Shown one piece after another: positions 36,819 through 47,145 of a stretch of 64,000 nt of DNA (position 1 is its first letter; the number at the start of each line of letters is the position of its first letter). A program made the translations under genes and the position numbers. The notes under the pieces were generated by a model. The model was given only the letters and a program-made list of their open reading frames with translations. It did no database searches and was not told the origin of the DNA. Origin of the DNA: an uncultured Chloroflexia bacterium (GTDB lineage Bacteria; Chloroflexota; Limnocylindria; Limnocylindrales; CSP1-4). The stretch is from assembly GCA_963819655.1 (NCBI GenBank), contig CAWFXA010000001.1:576001-640000 (forward strand). Direction: 5' to 3'.

Positions 36819-38846
36819 TCACCGCTCGGCGGCCGTCCGACCAGGACGGCCGTTTCGATTCCCGGCTGGTCGGGGCACACCGTCCGACGGCACGTGGAGC
36901 CTGAGGAAGGCGAGGATCCGCTCGAACGCATCGCGCCGGTTCTCGCGGCGCTCCCAACCGTGGGCCTCGTCGTCGTACCAGCGGACCTCGTGGACCTTGT
37001 CCTCGATCTCGAGCGCCTCGACCATCCGCTCCGTCATCAGCGGGACGACTCGCTTGTCCTTCCGCCCGTGGAGGAGGAGCAGCGGCGCCTCGATCCGCTC
37101 CGCCCGGTATACCGGTGACCCGCGGCGATACGCCTCGACACGGGCCGGGTCATCGGGTGCGCCCATCATCTTGAGCAGGTCGAGCCGGCCGGGTCGGTCG
37201 CCGTGGCGGAAGCTCTCGGCGATCTCCGAATCGCCATACAGGTCGACACCGGCGGTCCACAGCGACGGCTCCTCGACCAGCGCGCTGAGGACCAGGTAGC
37301 CACCGTACGACCCGCCGTAGATCGCGAAGCGGCCGTCGGACCAGGGCTGCTCGCCCGCCCAGCGTGCAGCGTCGATGAGGTCGTGCGTGTCGGCGTGGCC
37401 CCACTCCCCGTGGTTGGCGTGGCGGAACGTGCGCCCGTACCCCGTCGAGCCGCGGAAGTCCACGTCGAGGAATGCGTAGCCCGCGTCCGCCAGCACCAGC
37501 TTGAACGGCTGGAAGCTGCGGTATGACTGCCACGTCGGGCCGCCGTGCGGGTGGACGATCGTCGGGACGCGGCGGCCGCCGCGCTTCCCGGACGCCCCGG
37601 CCGGACGCCACAGCGTCCCTTCCAATCTGAGCCCGTCGCGGGCCTCGATCACGATGCGTTCGCCCGGCGCCACCCGGCCCGTAGCCATCGCGGACGCCAG
37701 GACGGCCGGCCGCGAGTCGGTGACCTGGCGGGGTCTCGCTCCGTCGGGCGCCACACCCGGGACCGGCAGCAGCCACAGATCCTGCGGTCGCCGCTCGCTC
37801 TCGCCGATCGCCGCGACCCACGCGCCATCGGGCAGCCAGCCGATCGCTCGCCACACGCCGTCCCACGGCGAGACCTTCGTCGCGGTCGTCGCAGCGGCGA
37901 CTGTGCGCGGCGCCTTCGGGGGCCGGCCACGACCACGCTTCGGCGGGGAACCAACGCCCAGGCTGCGGACGACGAGGTCGATGAGGCCGTCGTGGACGTC
38001 GATGTGGACCACGCGCTCGCCACCGGGCGAGGGCAACGGCGCGTAGCCATACCCGCCGGACGGCTCGCCATGCTCGCGGTTTCCATCGGTCAGGACGATC
38101 CGATCCCGCCCGTCGGCGGTGCGCCGGATGACCTGGAACCAGCCGTCCGCGTCGCTGACGTAGACGAGGGACCCGTCGGGCAGCCAGTGCGCGCCGGTGT
38201 CGTGGCTGCGCGCACCCGCCACGATCTCGCTCGCCCGACTCGCGACATCGACGATCGCGACCTGCCATGTCGTGAGGTCGTCGGGCGCCTGCTGCCCGGT
38301 GACCGCGAGACGCGCACCGTCCGGTGACCACGCCAGCGCGTCGACGTCGAAGCCAGGCTGCGTCAACGGTGTCGCCTGCGGCGGACGCGGGTCGCGCTGC
38401 GGTCGACCGCGGCGCGGGACCGGCGCGTCGACGAGCCACACCTGGCTCCAGCCGCGCCGCCGGGACAGGAACGCAAGGCGGTGACCATCCGGAGACCAGC
38501 GGGGATCGCGACCGCCACCGGGCTTCGCGACGACCCGGGTCAGGCGCGAGCCATCCGCTTCGACGATCCAGATCTCGTCGTCGCGCACGAACGCGAGGCG
38601 GCGCCCATCGGGCGACCAGTGCGGGTCGCTCACAGCCTTGTTCGAGGCCGTGATCTGAGTCGCGGGCGCGCCCGTGCCACGGAGCGACAGCGTGAAGACC
38701 TGGCGCGCGCCGGCGGCCTCTGCCGTGAACGCGACCACCCGGTCGCGCGGGTGGATCCGGAACTCCCGGGGTGAGTCGACCGCGACGATCGCTTCGACCG
38801 TCAGTCCCGATCCGCCCGTGGCCGGCGCGCCCTCCTCCGTCGCCAT
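36819..38846 (-). CDS. S9 prolyl oligopeptidase family serine peptidase with PD40 beta-propeller
   Basis: WSPDG repeats, HGGP, RGSTGYG, GGSYGG, HG..D.RV, EAHG. Confidence 0.93.
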   Translation of the reverse strand: MATEEGAPATGGSGLTVEAIVAVDSPREFRIHPRDRVVAFTAEAAGARQVFTLSLRGTGAPATQITASNKAVSDPHWSPDGRRLAFVRDDEIWIVEADGSRLTRVVAKPGGGRDPRWSPDGHRLAFLSRRRGWSQVWLVDAPVPRRGRPQRDPRPPQATPLTQPGFDVDALAWSPDGARLAVTGQQAPDDLTTWQVAIVDVASRASEIVAGARSHDTGAHWLPDGSLVYVSDADGWFQVIRRTADGRDRIVLTDGNREHGEPSGGYGYAPLPSPGGERVVHIDVHDGLIDLVVRSLGVGSPPKRGRGRPPKAPRTVAAATTATKVSPWDGVWRAIGWLPDGAWVAAIGESERRPQDLWLLPVPGVAPDGARPRQVTDSRPAVLASAMATGRVAPGERIVIEARDGLRLEGTLWRPAGASGKRGGRRVPTIVHPHGGPTWQSYRSFQPFKLVLADAGYAFLDVDFRGSTGYGRTFRHANHGEWGHADTHDLIDAARWAGEQPWSDGRFAIYGGSYGGYLVLSALVEEPSLWTAGVDLYGDSEIAESFRHGDRPGRLDLLKMMGAPDDPARVEAYRRGSPVYRAERIEAPLLLLHGRKDKRVVPLMTERMVEALEIEDKVHEVRWYDDEAHGWERRENRRDAFERILAFLRLHVPSDGVPRPAGNRNGRPGRTAAER

Positions 38847-39916
38847 CAGGCTCCCGGCCAGGCGGTCGTGACGCACCAGCGTCCGACCATCGCCAGGTGC
38901 TTGCGCACGTGGCCGTGCTGGCAGTCGTACGCCCAGCTCCAGCCGTCGGGCGAGCGCAGCTCATCGACGGTCATCGACTCGACGGCGGCGAGCAGACGCG
39001 CCCGTTCCGCGTCGTAGCGAGCGAGAGTGGCAGCGGGCGACTCGGTCCGGGCCGCGTCGACGTGGCGCCCGTTCCAGGCATCGATCCCCTCATCCGGGTC
39101 GGACAGCCAGATGCCCCTGTCCCGATGCACCGCGATCGCCCGCGCGCCTTCGTCCATCCAGTCGGCGAGGTGGCCGACGTGGTCCCGTAGCGTCCAGCCG
39201 GGCGTGACTTCAGCCTCGTCCCACCGCTCGAGCATCACGGGCCGGACCAGTGCATCGAAGATCTCGTCGAGTGCCGTCGCGTCCGCCGCGAAGCCCGCGT
39301 AGTCCGCGGCGCGCGGATCGGCGATGAAGGGATCGCCGTCGGTCTGCCGATCGCGCAGCCGGTCGGTCCACGGCTCGATGACGGCGAGGTGGTCCAGATA
39401 ATGGCCGTGGAGCGTGAAGTACACCCAGCCCCACGCGTCGTCGCCGCGGAGCGTGTCGAGCGGGAGACGCGCCGCGGCTTCTAGCAGACGGTGTCGAGCC
39501 GCCCGGAGGCGACCGACGATCGTGGCGGCCGGCATCGTCGTCCAGGGTGCGCGACGGCGTTCGTTGTAGCGGTCGAAGTCGCCGCCGTCGTAGTCATCGT
39601 CCGATGGCCAGCGTCCGGTCTGGATCGCGGTCCCCACGTAGTCGATGGCGAGCTCCTGCCAGTCGGCGATGTGGCCGACGTGCTCCGCCAGCGACCAATC
39701 CGGTCCACCCGCGTCAGATGGCGCGGCCCCAGGCAGGTGCCAGGCTGCCTCATCAAGGCCGGCCCACGACTTGACGAGACGGTCCCAGATCGCGGCTTCG
39801 TCGGCCCACGGGTCGCGGGACGGTGACCGGAGGTCGAGGCCGCGAACATCGACGAGCGGTGTCCGCCTGAGGTCGACGGCGGGGATCGTCGTCTCGGCGA
39901 CCGGGCTCGGCCCCAT
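38846..39916 (-). CDS. Tandem DinB/MDMPI-like domain protein
   Basis: WSLAEHVGHIADW..HYLDH and WTLRDHVGHLADW..HVRKH. Confidence 0.8.
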   Translation of the reverse strand: MGPSPVAETTIPAVDLRRTPLVDVRGLDLRSPSRDPWADEAAIWDRLVKSWAGLDEAAWHLPGAAPSDAGGPDWSLAEHVGHIADWQELAIDYVGTAIQTGRWPSDDDYDGGDFDRYNERRRAPWTTMPAATIVGRLRAARHRLLEAAARLPLDTLRGDDAWGWVYFTLHGHYLDHLAVIEPWTDRLRDRQTDGDPFIADPRAADYAGFAADATALDEIFDALVRPVMLERWDEAEVTPGWTLRDHVGHLADWMDEGARAIAVHRDRGIWLSDPDEGIDAWNGRHVDAARTESPAATLARYDAERARLLAAVESMTVDELRSPDGWSWAYDCQHGHVRKHLAMVGRWCVTTAWPGA

Positions 39917-40785
39917 CAGGGCGTCGGCCGGCCCTTGCCGTCGGATGTCTCGAGCTGTGCTTCGAGCTGGTCGCCGAGCTCGACGGTTCGTCGGAACGCC
40001 GCCCAGACCGCCTCGGACAGCACGGTCCGGAGCCGGCCGCTCTCCAGCTCATGGAGCGCCGCGGCCGAGGTCCCACCGGGGGACGTCACCATGTTCCGGA
40101 GTTCCGCCGGGTGCATCCCGGACTGGCGTGCGAACAGCGTCGATCCCTCGAGCGTCTCGATGACGAGGTCGTGCGCGATGTGGCGCGGGAAGCCGAGATG
40201 GACGGCCGCGTCGATGAGCGCCTCCATCACGAGGAACACGTACGTCGGGCCTGTGCCGCTCACCGCGGTCGCCATGGCGACCATCTTCTCGTCGTCGACC
40301 TCGAGCTGCAGGCCGAGCGCGCCGAGGAGGGCGGCCGCCTGGGCTCGCTGCTCGGCGGTGGTCTCGGGGGTGGCATACCAAACGGTCACGCCCTTGCCGA
40401 GGCGGGCCGGTGTGTTGGGCATGCTGCGGACCACCTGGTCGTGGCCGAGGATGCCGGTCAGGGCCTTCGTCGTGGCGCCTGCCAGCACGCTGAGGACGAG
40501 CTGGCCACGGCGGAGGTGCGGACCGATGTCGTGGCCGACCTTGTCGAGCATCTGGGGCTTGATACCGAGCAGGATCACGTCCGCGTCCCGGACGGCATCT
40601 GCGTTCGCGGTGACGGTCCGGATGCCGTACTCGCGCTCCAGCGCCTCGCGCCGCTCGGCGCGCGGGTGGCTGGCGACCACCCTGTCCGGGGTGACCAGGC
40701 CGTCGCGCAGCAGGCCGGCGATCATCGCCTCGGCCATCACGCCCGAGCCGACGGTCGCGATCGTGGCGTTCGCGAGGGGGGACAT
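39916..40785 (-). CDS. proC: Pyrroline-5-carboxylate reductase
   Basis: GSGVMA, KPQ, RSMPNTP, SGTGP, VTSPGGTS; leaderless TATACT. Confidence 0.97.
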   Translation of the reverse strand: MSPLANATIATVGSGVMAEAMIAGLLRDGLVTPDRVVASHPRAERREALEREYGIRTVTANADAVRDADVILLGIKPQMLDKVGHDIGPHLRRGQLVLSVLAGATTKALTGILGHDQVVRSMPNTPARLGKGVTVWYATPETTAEQRAQAAALLGALGLQLEVDDEKMVAMATAVSGTGPTYVFLVMEALIDAAVHLGFPRHIAHDLVIETLEGSTLFARQSGMHPAELRNMVTSPGGTSAAALHELESGRLRTVLSEAVWAAFRRTVELGDQLEAQLETSDGKGRPTP

Positions 40786-40833
40786 CGGCCGGAGTATAGC
40801 GACGGGGTTCCGAGCGACCGGCAGTCCGGCCCG

Positions 40834-41790
40834 TCAGGCAGCCCGGGCCGAGCCGAGCAGGAAGAACCGGCCGGTCGTCGTGATCTCGATCCCGTCGAAG
40901 CCGGCCGTCGCGAGCGCCCCGGCGAGCTGATCCCGTGCGTGGAAGACCTTGACGATCGTGAACTCGCGACCGTCGTCGAGACGACGCGCGGCGCGCTCAT
41001 GCGCCGGTTCGGGATGATCGGCCGCGCCCGACGCTGGGTCCGCGAGCGAATCGATGAACGCGATCTGCGCGCCCGGCTTGAGCCAGCGCCGTCCCAGCGC
41101 CAGGAAGTCGGTGAGCCGCTCGGGCGGGACATGGCTGAGCCAGAAGCCCATGAACAGGCCGTCGACCGGCCGGTCCGGCTCTGCCCACGCGTCCCGGACA
41201 TGGAGGTGGGCGCGCAGGCCGTGCGCGACCAGCCGCTCGCGCGCCCGATCGAGAGCCGTCGGAGACGCGTCGTACAGAGACAGCTCGCCGCGCGATGCCA
41301 GGAGCGGCGACCACCAACCGGTCCCCGCGGCAAGATCGACGATCTCGCCGGCCCACGGCAGGGCGTCGAGCCAGCGACCCGCCGCGTCCAGCTCGGCATC
41401 CCAGGCCGCGTCGTGGATGGCGCCATGTGCGTACCGGCCGCGACGGAGGTACCAGTCGTCGTATTCCGGGGCGCGCGCCTCGTAGTAGTCCACCATCGCC
41501 TGGTCGAGGTTCGTGGCGGCCGGTGTGACGGGTCCCGGGGACGACGGCGCCGATGCTGCGACCGGCGCCTCCGCCACCGCAGTGACGGCCCCGGGCGCGG
41601 GTGTATCGGTCCGCGCCGCTGCCGAGCGTTCGCTCAGCGCCTGACGCAGCCGGAACCGGAGGAACTGGTTGTCGCCGGCCTTGCCGACGCAGGCGGGGCA
41701 CAGGTGCGCCCAGCCCTCGAGATCGTCGGTCGAGCGTGTCTCATGGGCGGTGCCACACCACAGGCACGAGAAGGTCGTCCGGAAAGGCAC
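40834..41790 (-). CDS. Class I SAM methyltransferase with N-terminal C4 zinc ribbon
   Basis: CLWC...CPAC; YYEARAPEYD, DLAAGTGWW, FWLSHVP. Confidence 0.85.
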   Translation of the reverse strand: MPFRTTFSCLWCGTAHETRSTDDLEGWAHLCPACVGKAGDNQFLRFRLRQALSERSAAARTDTPAPGAVTAVAEAPVAASAPSSPGPVTPAATNLDQAMVDYYEARAPEYDDWYLRRGRYAHGAIHDAAWDAELDAAGRWLDALPWAGEIVDLAAGTGWWSPLLASRGELSLYDASPTALDRARERLVAHGLRAHLHVRDAWAEPDRPVDGLFMGFWLSHVPPERLTDFLALGRRWLKPGAQIAFIDSLADPASGAADHPEPAHERAARRLDDGREFTIVKVFHARDQLAGALATAGFDGIEITTTGRFFLLGSARAA

Positions 41791-42741
41791 CTAGTGCACC
41801 TCGACCGGCGACCAGCCGCCGGGCGGCGCGATGTTGACGAACGCAGCGGGATCCATGATCTCGGCCAGCATCTCGATGCCGTCGATGACGCGCGGCCCCG
41901 GCCGCGAGAAGTACGCCGAGCCATCGAGCGCGAAGACGGCGCCCCGCCGAGCCGCCGTCAGCTCCGCGACCCAGGGCGGGACAGGCGTCCCGGTCCACTC
42001 GTGGATGGTCTCGGCGAGGTGGAACCCGCACGGCATGAGGAAGAGCATCTCGGGGTCGACCTCCGCGACGGCGTCCCACGTCGTCTCGTGCGCCTTGTCG
42101 CCGTCAGAGCCGAGCAGGTCCCAGCCGCCCGCTCGGCGGATCTGCTCGGGCACCCAATGACCGACGGCGAACGGCGGATCGAGCCACTCGAGTCCGACCA
42201 CCCGCGGCGACTGCCGACCTTCCTCGCGTCGCGTCGCGACCCGCTGCTCGATGGCGCCGAGGCGCGCGCGCAACCCTTCGACGAGGTCGATCGCCGCGTC
42301 CTCGACCTCGGCCATCGCGCCGACGGTCGTGATGGTGTGCAGGATCCCCTCGATCGATGTCGGCTCGAGCGACACGACACTGATGTCGGCGTCGATCCGG
42401 CGGGCGACCTCGTTGACCTCGCGATAGCTGACCGCGCACACGTGGCACAGCTCCTGGGTCAGGATCAAGTCGGGTTCGACCGCCGCGAGCGCCTCCTCAT
42501 CGAGCTCGTATAGCGACGATCCGCCGTGCATCGACGCTGTGACGCGGGCGTGGATGTCGCGCGAGCCGATGGCGCTGAGGTCGTGGACGCTGCGCGTGAC
42601 GACGGGCTTGCCGACGACACTCGGTGGCCAGTCGCACTCATGTGTGACGGCGACGAGCTCGTCCTCGAGCCCGATCGCGCAGACGATCTCGGTAGCCGAC
42701 GGAAGAAGGGACGCGATGCGCATCAGGACGGGTACCGGCAC
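41791..42741 (-). CDS. BtuF/TroA-like cobalamin-binding-type protein, no signal peptide
   Basis: RIASLLPSATEI, HECD, PDLILTQ.LC.VC, SRPGPR. Confidence 0.85.
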   Translation of the reverse strand: MPVPVLMRIASLLPSATEIVCAIGLEDELVAVTHECDWPPSVVGKPVVTRSVHDLSAIGSRDIHARVTASMHGGSSLYELDEEALAAVEPDLILTQELCHVCAVSYREVNEVARRIDADISVVSLEPTSIEGILHTITTVGAMAEVEDAAIDLVEGLRARLGAIEQRVATRREEGRQSPRVVGLEWLDPPFAVGHWVPEQIRRAGGWDLLGSDGDKAHETTWDAVAEVDPEMLFLMPCGFHLAETIHEWTGTPVPPWVAELTAARRGAVFALDGSAYFSRPGPRVIDGIEMLAEIMDPAAFVNIAPPGGWSPVEVH

Positions 42742-42792
42742 CCTCAGCGGAGAGTTGCTACTCGCTCCCCGAGGTCTGAGGCCGCGAGGCCA

Positions 42793-43083
42793 TCAGCCCG
42801 AGGGTTTTGCCGCGTCCACGGCGGCGCGGGCGGCGGCCTTGTCCGTGTACCAGGTGGCGTCCATGACGGTGTAGTTCGCCCACTCGGGCGGCAGCGACTC
42901 CTCGGGGAAGATCGCGTTCACAGGGCACTCGGGCTCGCACGCGCCGCAGTCGATGCACTCGTTCGGATCGATGAACAGCTTTCGATCCGTGCCTTCCTCG
43001 TAGTGGATGCAATCGACCGGACAGACCGACACGCACGAGATGTCGAGCACGTCGATGCACGGCTCGGCGATCACGTAGGTCAT
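42793..43083 (-). CDS. fdxA: 7Fe-type ferredoxin
   Basis: [33 protein letters not shown]. Confidence 0.93.
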   Translation of the reverse strand: MTYVIAEPCIDVLDISCVSVCPVDCIHYEEGTDRKLFIDPNECIDCGACEPECPVNAIFPEESLPPEWANYTVMDATWYTDKAAARAAVDAAKPSG

Positions 43084-43174
43084 CCGGTTCCTCCTGTGGG
43101 CTGCGCAAGGTCAGTGGCGGCCGCTCCGGGCGGAGCAAGAGCGTACCACCGTGCGTAGATCGGGAGAGGCGCGA

Positions 43175-43684
43175 TCAGTGGGCCGGCGTGGGGCCGACGA
43201 ACCGCACCGGGATGTGCATGCCCTTTTCCCAATGGCCGGCGATGTGGCAGCCGACCACGAGCGGCTCCGACGTCAACGGCACGGTCCAGGTCACGTCGAG
43301 ACGCTGGCCGGACGCGACCACGATCCGCAGCCCCGCATGCTCAGGCGGCACGCTGACGGCAGGCGTCGGGCCGGGTGGCGGATCGGCGGCCGCGGCCTCG
43401 GCCACCTCCCACGCCTCCTGCACCCTCGCGTCGCCGATGATCGCCTCGTGGACGTCAAGGCCACCGTTGATCACGTGCAGGTTCACCGTCTCGCCGGGCA
43501 CGAGATCGAGGGCCGACGGGTTGAACACGTAGTCGCGGGCGATGAGGTTCACATCACGCGGCGCGGCGCTGGTGCCTGGCACGATCGGCGGGGTGCCCGC
43601 CGGCGCTCCAGGCCCGCACGCGGTCGCGGTCGCGGTCGCGGTCACGAAGGTCGCGATGAGCGCCCACGTTCGTCGGACTGGCAC
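43175..43684 (-). CDS. Cupredoxin-domain lipoprotein (type-1 Cu)
   Basis: TAC lipobox; HE...CHIAGHWEKGM. Confidence 0.82.
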   Translation of the reverse strand: MPVRRTWALIATFVTATATATACGPGAPAGTPPIVPGTSAAPRDVNLIARDYVFNPSALDLVPGETVNLHVINGGLDVHEAIIGDARVQEAWEVAEAAAADPPPGPTPAVSVPPEHAGLRIVVASGQRLDVTWTVPLTSEPLVVGCHIAGHWEKGMHIPVRFVGPTPAH

Positions 43685-43864
43685 GGCGCGAGTCTATGGC
43701 CGACGGCGGCCGTGTCGCGCCTCGCGCCCACCCTTGACACGCCCAAGGCCGCGCCGCATCGTTCGCGCACCGTCACGCCAAGCTGAAACGCGCGTGGGGA
43801 GTGAGGGCGCTTGGCCATCCCGACCGAGATCCGTGACCCAGCGAACGCGGACGCCGGTCGAGTC

Positions 43865-44917
43865 ATGCCCAAAGCCGCGTCGACTGCAACCGCCGTGCAC
43901 CTGGATGCCGTCGAGAAGCACTATGGCAACGTCGTGGCGGTGGCCGGCATCGACCTCGACGTGCGCGATGGGGAGTTCTTCTCGATGCTGGGTCCATCCG
44001 GCTCGGGCAAGACGACGACCCTTCGGATGATCGCCGGCTTCGAGCAACCCACAGCCGGGCGCATCGAGCTGTACGGTCGCGACGTGACCGGCGTGCCGCC
44101 GTTCGATCGTGACGTCAACACGGTCTTCCAGGACTACGCGCTGTTCCCGCACCTGTCGGTGGGTGACAACGTCGCGTACGGCCTCATGGTCCGGAAGGTG
44201 CCCCGCAACGAGCGCACCGCCCGCGTGACCGACGCGCTTCGGATGGTCCGGCTCGAAGGCTTCGAGGGGCGCAAGCCTGCCCAGCTGTCGGGCGGCCAGC
44301 GACAGCGGGTCGCGCTCGCGCGCGCGCTGGTCAATCGACCGCGGGTGCTCCTGCTCGACGAGCCGCTCGGGGCGCTCGACCTCAAGCTTCGCGAGGAGAT
44401 GCAGATCGAGCTCAAGGCGATCCAGCAACAGGTCGGCATCACGTTCATCTATGTGACCCACGATCAGGAAGAGGCGCTCACGATGAGCGACCGGCTGGCG
44501 GTGTTCAACGCCGGCAGGATCGAACAGCTCGGCTCCCCTGCCGATGTCTACGAGCGGCCCGCCACCAGGTTCGTGGCCGGCTTCGTCGGGACATCGAACC
44601 TGCTGACCGGCGATGTCGCCCAAACGATCCTCGGCCGCACCGGGACATTCACCATTAGGCCCGAGAAGATCCGGCTGGCCGCGGCCGACGCCGCTCCCGG
44701 GCCGGACGAGTCATCGGCGCTGGGCCGCATCGCGAGCGTCGTGTATCTCGGGCCTGATACCCGGTACATCGTCGAGCTGGAGGCCGGGGCCCGACTGGTC
44801 GTGACAGAGCAGAACCTGACGACCACGTCCACAGAGGTTCTCGAACAGCAAGGCAAGGCTGTCCGCCTGGTATGGAAGCGACAGCACGAGCTCCCCATCG
44901 CGGATGGGGCGGATTGA
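43865..44917 (+). CDS. potA: Polyamine ABC transporter ATP-binding subunit
   Basis: [33 protein letters not shown]. Confidence 0.9.
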   Translation: MPKAASTATAVHLDAVEKHYGNVVAVAGIDLDVRDGEFFSMLGPSGSGKTTTLRMIAGFEQPTAGRIELYGRDVTGVPPFDRDVNTVFQDYALFPHLSVGDNVAYGLMVRKVPRNERTARVTDALRMVRLEGFEGRKPAQLSGGQRQRVALARALVNRPRVLLLDEPLGALDLKLREEMQIELKAIQQQVGITFIYVTHDQEEALTMSDRLAVFNAGRIEQLGSPADVYERPATRFVAGFVGTSNLLTGDVAQTILGRTGTFTIRPEKIRLAAADAAPGPDESSALGRIASVVYLGPDTRYIVELEAGARLVVTEQNLTTTSTEVLEQQGKAVRLVWKRQHELPIADGAD

Positions 44918-44953
44918 CCGAGCCGTCGGATCGGCACGAGGAGGAGGACGAGC

Positions 44954-46198
44954 ATGCACCCACGGAAGATCTCGGTCGGGCTGGCGACGCTGGCTTTGAT
45001 CGCAGCAGCATGTAGCGGCAGCGGAGGGACGAGCCCCTCGGCCGCGACGTCAGCGGCGCCGAGTGAGGCGGCGAGCGCCGTCCCCAGCGAGTCTGCCAGT
45101 GCTGGACCGGTCCTGCCGACCGAGGTCGGCGCGGGTGAAGGCCGGCTCGACCTTGCCGTATGGCCGTACTACGTGGTCGGCGGCACGGGCGGGGAGCAGG
45201 GCCTGGGGGCCGACTGGGTCACGCCGTTCGAGGAGCAGACCGGCTGCAAGGTCTATGCGAAGGTCTATGGAGGGTCGTCCGACGCGGTCGCCCTCATGCA
45301 GACCGGCGAGTATGACGGCGGCGCCTTCTCGGGCGACGCCACGCTGCGCCTCGTCGCCGGCGGTGACGTGGCGGCCGTGAACACCGACCTCATCCCCAGC
45401 TACGAGGGCGTGTTCGACGGTCTCAAGGGCCAGAAGCACAACACCGTCGATGGGGTCGCCTACGGCGTCCCGCACGGCCGTGGAGCCAATCTGCTCATGT
45501 GGCGGACTGACGTCGTGCAGCCGGACCCGGATAGCTGGAGCGTCGTCTGGGAAGGCGGCAGCGCCTACACCGGCAAGATCTCCGCATATGACTACGAGAT
45601 CTACATCGCGGATGCAGCCGTCTACCTGATGGCCACGAAGCCCGAGCTCGGGATCACGGACCCGTACTCCCTTGACGCCACGCAGTTCCAGGCCGCGGTC
45701 GACCTGCTCAAGGAGCAACGGAAGAACATCACGACGTACTGGAGCGCGGTCCAGGCACAGGTCGATGCTTTCACCAACGGCGACATGGTCGCCTCGACCA
45801 CGTGGCAGCTTCAATCGAATCTGCTGACGGCAGCCAAGGTGCCGGTGAAGTCGACCAAGCCAAAGGAAGGGAGCACGGGCTGGTCGGACACCTGGATGAT
45901 CTCATCGACCGCCAAGCATCCGAACTGCATGTACATGTGGATGGACTACATCATCTCGCCCGTCGCGAACGCGACGGCGACCGTGTTCTTCGGCGAGGCG
46001 CCGGTCAGTGAGGCGGGCTGCGCCGAAGCCGAGAAGCAGAGCGCGGGCCATTGCGACACCTTCCATGCGACCGACGAATCGTACTGGGAGGATGTCTACT
46101 ACTGGAACACGCCGTCCAAGGAATGCATCGACGGCAGAGGCCCCATCTGCACGGACTTCGCGCAATGGACCCAGGCCTGGACCGAGATCAAGGGCTAG
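44954..46198 (+). CDS. potD: Polyamine ABC transporter substrate-binding lipoprotein
   Basis: AAAC lipobox, FEEQTGC, PKEG.TGWSD; operon context. Confidence 0.85.
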   Translation: MHPRKISVGLATLALIAAACSGSGGTSPSAATSAAPSEAASAVPSESASAGPVLPTEVGAGEGRLDLAVWPYYVVGGTGGEQGLGADWVTPFEEQTGCKVYAKVYGGSSDAVALMQTGEYDGGAFSGDATLRLVAGGDVAAVNTDLIPSYEGVFDGLKGQKHNTVDGVAYGVPHGRGANLLMWRTDVVQPDPDSWSVVWEGGSAYTGKISAYDYEIYIADAAVYLMATKPELGITDPYSLDATQFQAAVDLLKEQRKNITTYWSAVQAQVDAFTNGDMVASTTWQLQSNLLTAAKVPVKSTKPKEGSTGWSDTWMISSTAKHPNCMYMWMDYIISPVANATATVFFGEAPVSEAGCAEAEKQSAGHCDTFHATDESYWEDVYYWNTPSKECIDGRGPICTDFAQWTQAWTEIKG

Positions 46199-46204
46199 GC
46201 GACG

Positions 46205-46246
46205 CGGCTTGGGGATCGCGGCATTCGGTCGTCGGTCCCCAAGCCG
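46205..46246 (+). promoter_or_regulatory. Intercistronic stem-loop after the substrate-binding gene
   Basis: CGGCTTGGGGA ... TCCCCAAGCCG inverted repeat. Confidence 0.55.
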
Positions 46247-46292
46247 ATCGGACGCAGACTCGACCAAGCGCACGACCGTGACCGCACGCTAG

Positions 46293-47144
46293 ATGCGCGG
46301 ATTCTGGCGCGCGCTGTACCGCTATCCGCGTGTCCAACTGGGCGCGCTCTTGGGCGCGCCCCTCGGCTGGCTCGTCATCGCCTATCTCGGGTCGCTGGCG
46401 CTGCTCTTCGTGTCGGCCTTCTGGACGATCGAGCCGTTCAGCGGCAAGGTCGTCACCGAGCCGTCCCTGGACAACTTCGGGACTTTGCTGGATGAACCCG
46501 TCTACCGGACGATCACAGTGCGAACGGTGGTCACTGCCGCGCTGGTCACCCTTACGGACATCATCCTCGCGTTCCCGATCGCCTACTACATGGCCAGGGT
46601 GGCGTCTCCCCGGACGCGGGGGATCCTGATCGTCTCGATCCTGCTCCCGCTCTGGTCCGGCTATCTCGTCAAGGCGTATGCCTGGCGGATCATCCTGAGC
46701 GAGGGTGGGATCCTCAACTGGATCCTCGGTCCGGTGGGCCTCAAGGGTCCCGGCTATGGCGACGTCGCCGTCTGGCTCGTCTTCTCGTACCTCTGGCTGC
46801 CGTACATGATCCTGCCGATCTACGCCGGGCTCGAGCGCATACCGAGCTCGCTGCTCGAGGCGTCCGCCGATCTGGGGGCCCGAAGTGCATACACGTTCAG
46901 GCGGGTCATCCTGCCGCTCGCACTGCCGGCGGTCGTGGCCGGCTCGATCTTCACGTTCTCGCTCACCCTCGGCGACTACATCGTGCCGTCACTCATGTCG
47001 AGCAGCCAGTTCATCGGGAACGTCGTCTACAGCAACATCTCGGTCAACCAGCCACTGGCGGCGGCGTACGCCCTCGTCCCGGTCGCGATCATGATCATCT
47101 ACCTCGCCGTCGCCCGGCGCCTTGGCGCGTTCGAGGCACTCTGA
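46293..47144 (+). CDS. potB: Polyamine ABC permease
   Basis: LPYMILPIY, EASADLGA. Confidence 0.87.
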   Translation: MRGFWRALYRYPRVQLGALLGAPLGWLVIAYLGSLALLFVSAFWTIEPFSGKVVTEPSLDNFGTLLDEPVYRTITVRTVVTAALVTLTDIILAFPIAYYMARVASPRTRGILIVSILLPLWSGYLVKAYAWRIILSEGGILNWILGPVGLKGPGYGDVAVWLVFSYLWLPYMILPIYAGLERIPSSLLEASADLGARSAYTFRRVILPLALPAVVAGSIFTFSLTLGDYIVPSLMSSSQFIGNVVYSNISVNQPLAAAYALVPVAIMIIYLAVARRLGAFEAL

Positions 47145-47145
47145 G

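Noticed and set aside
40051-42513. 820-aa plus-strand ORF (and similar long ORFs 14926..17118, 32093..33973, 37150..38964, 9843..11522, 48545..50809)
   Set aside because: Arg/Pro/Gly-rich shadow frames overlapping well-supported genes; expected in high-GC DNA
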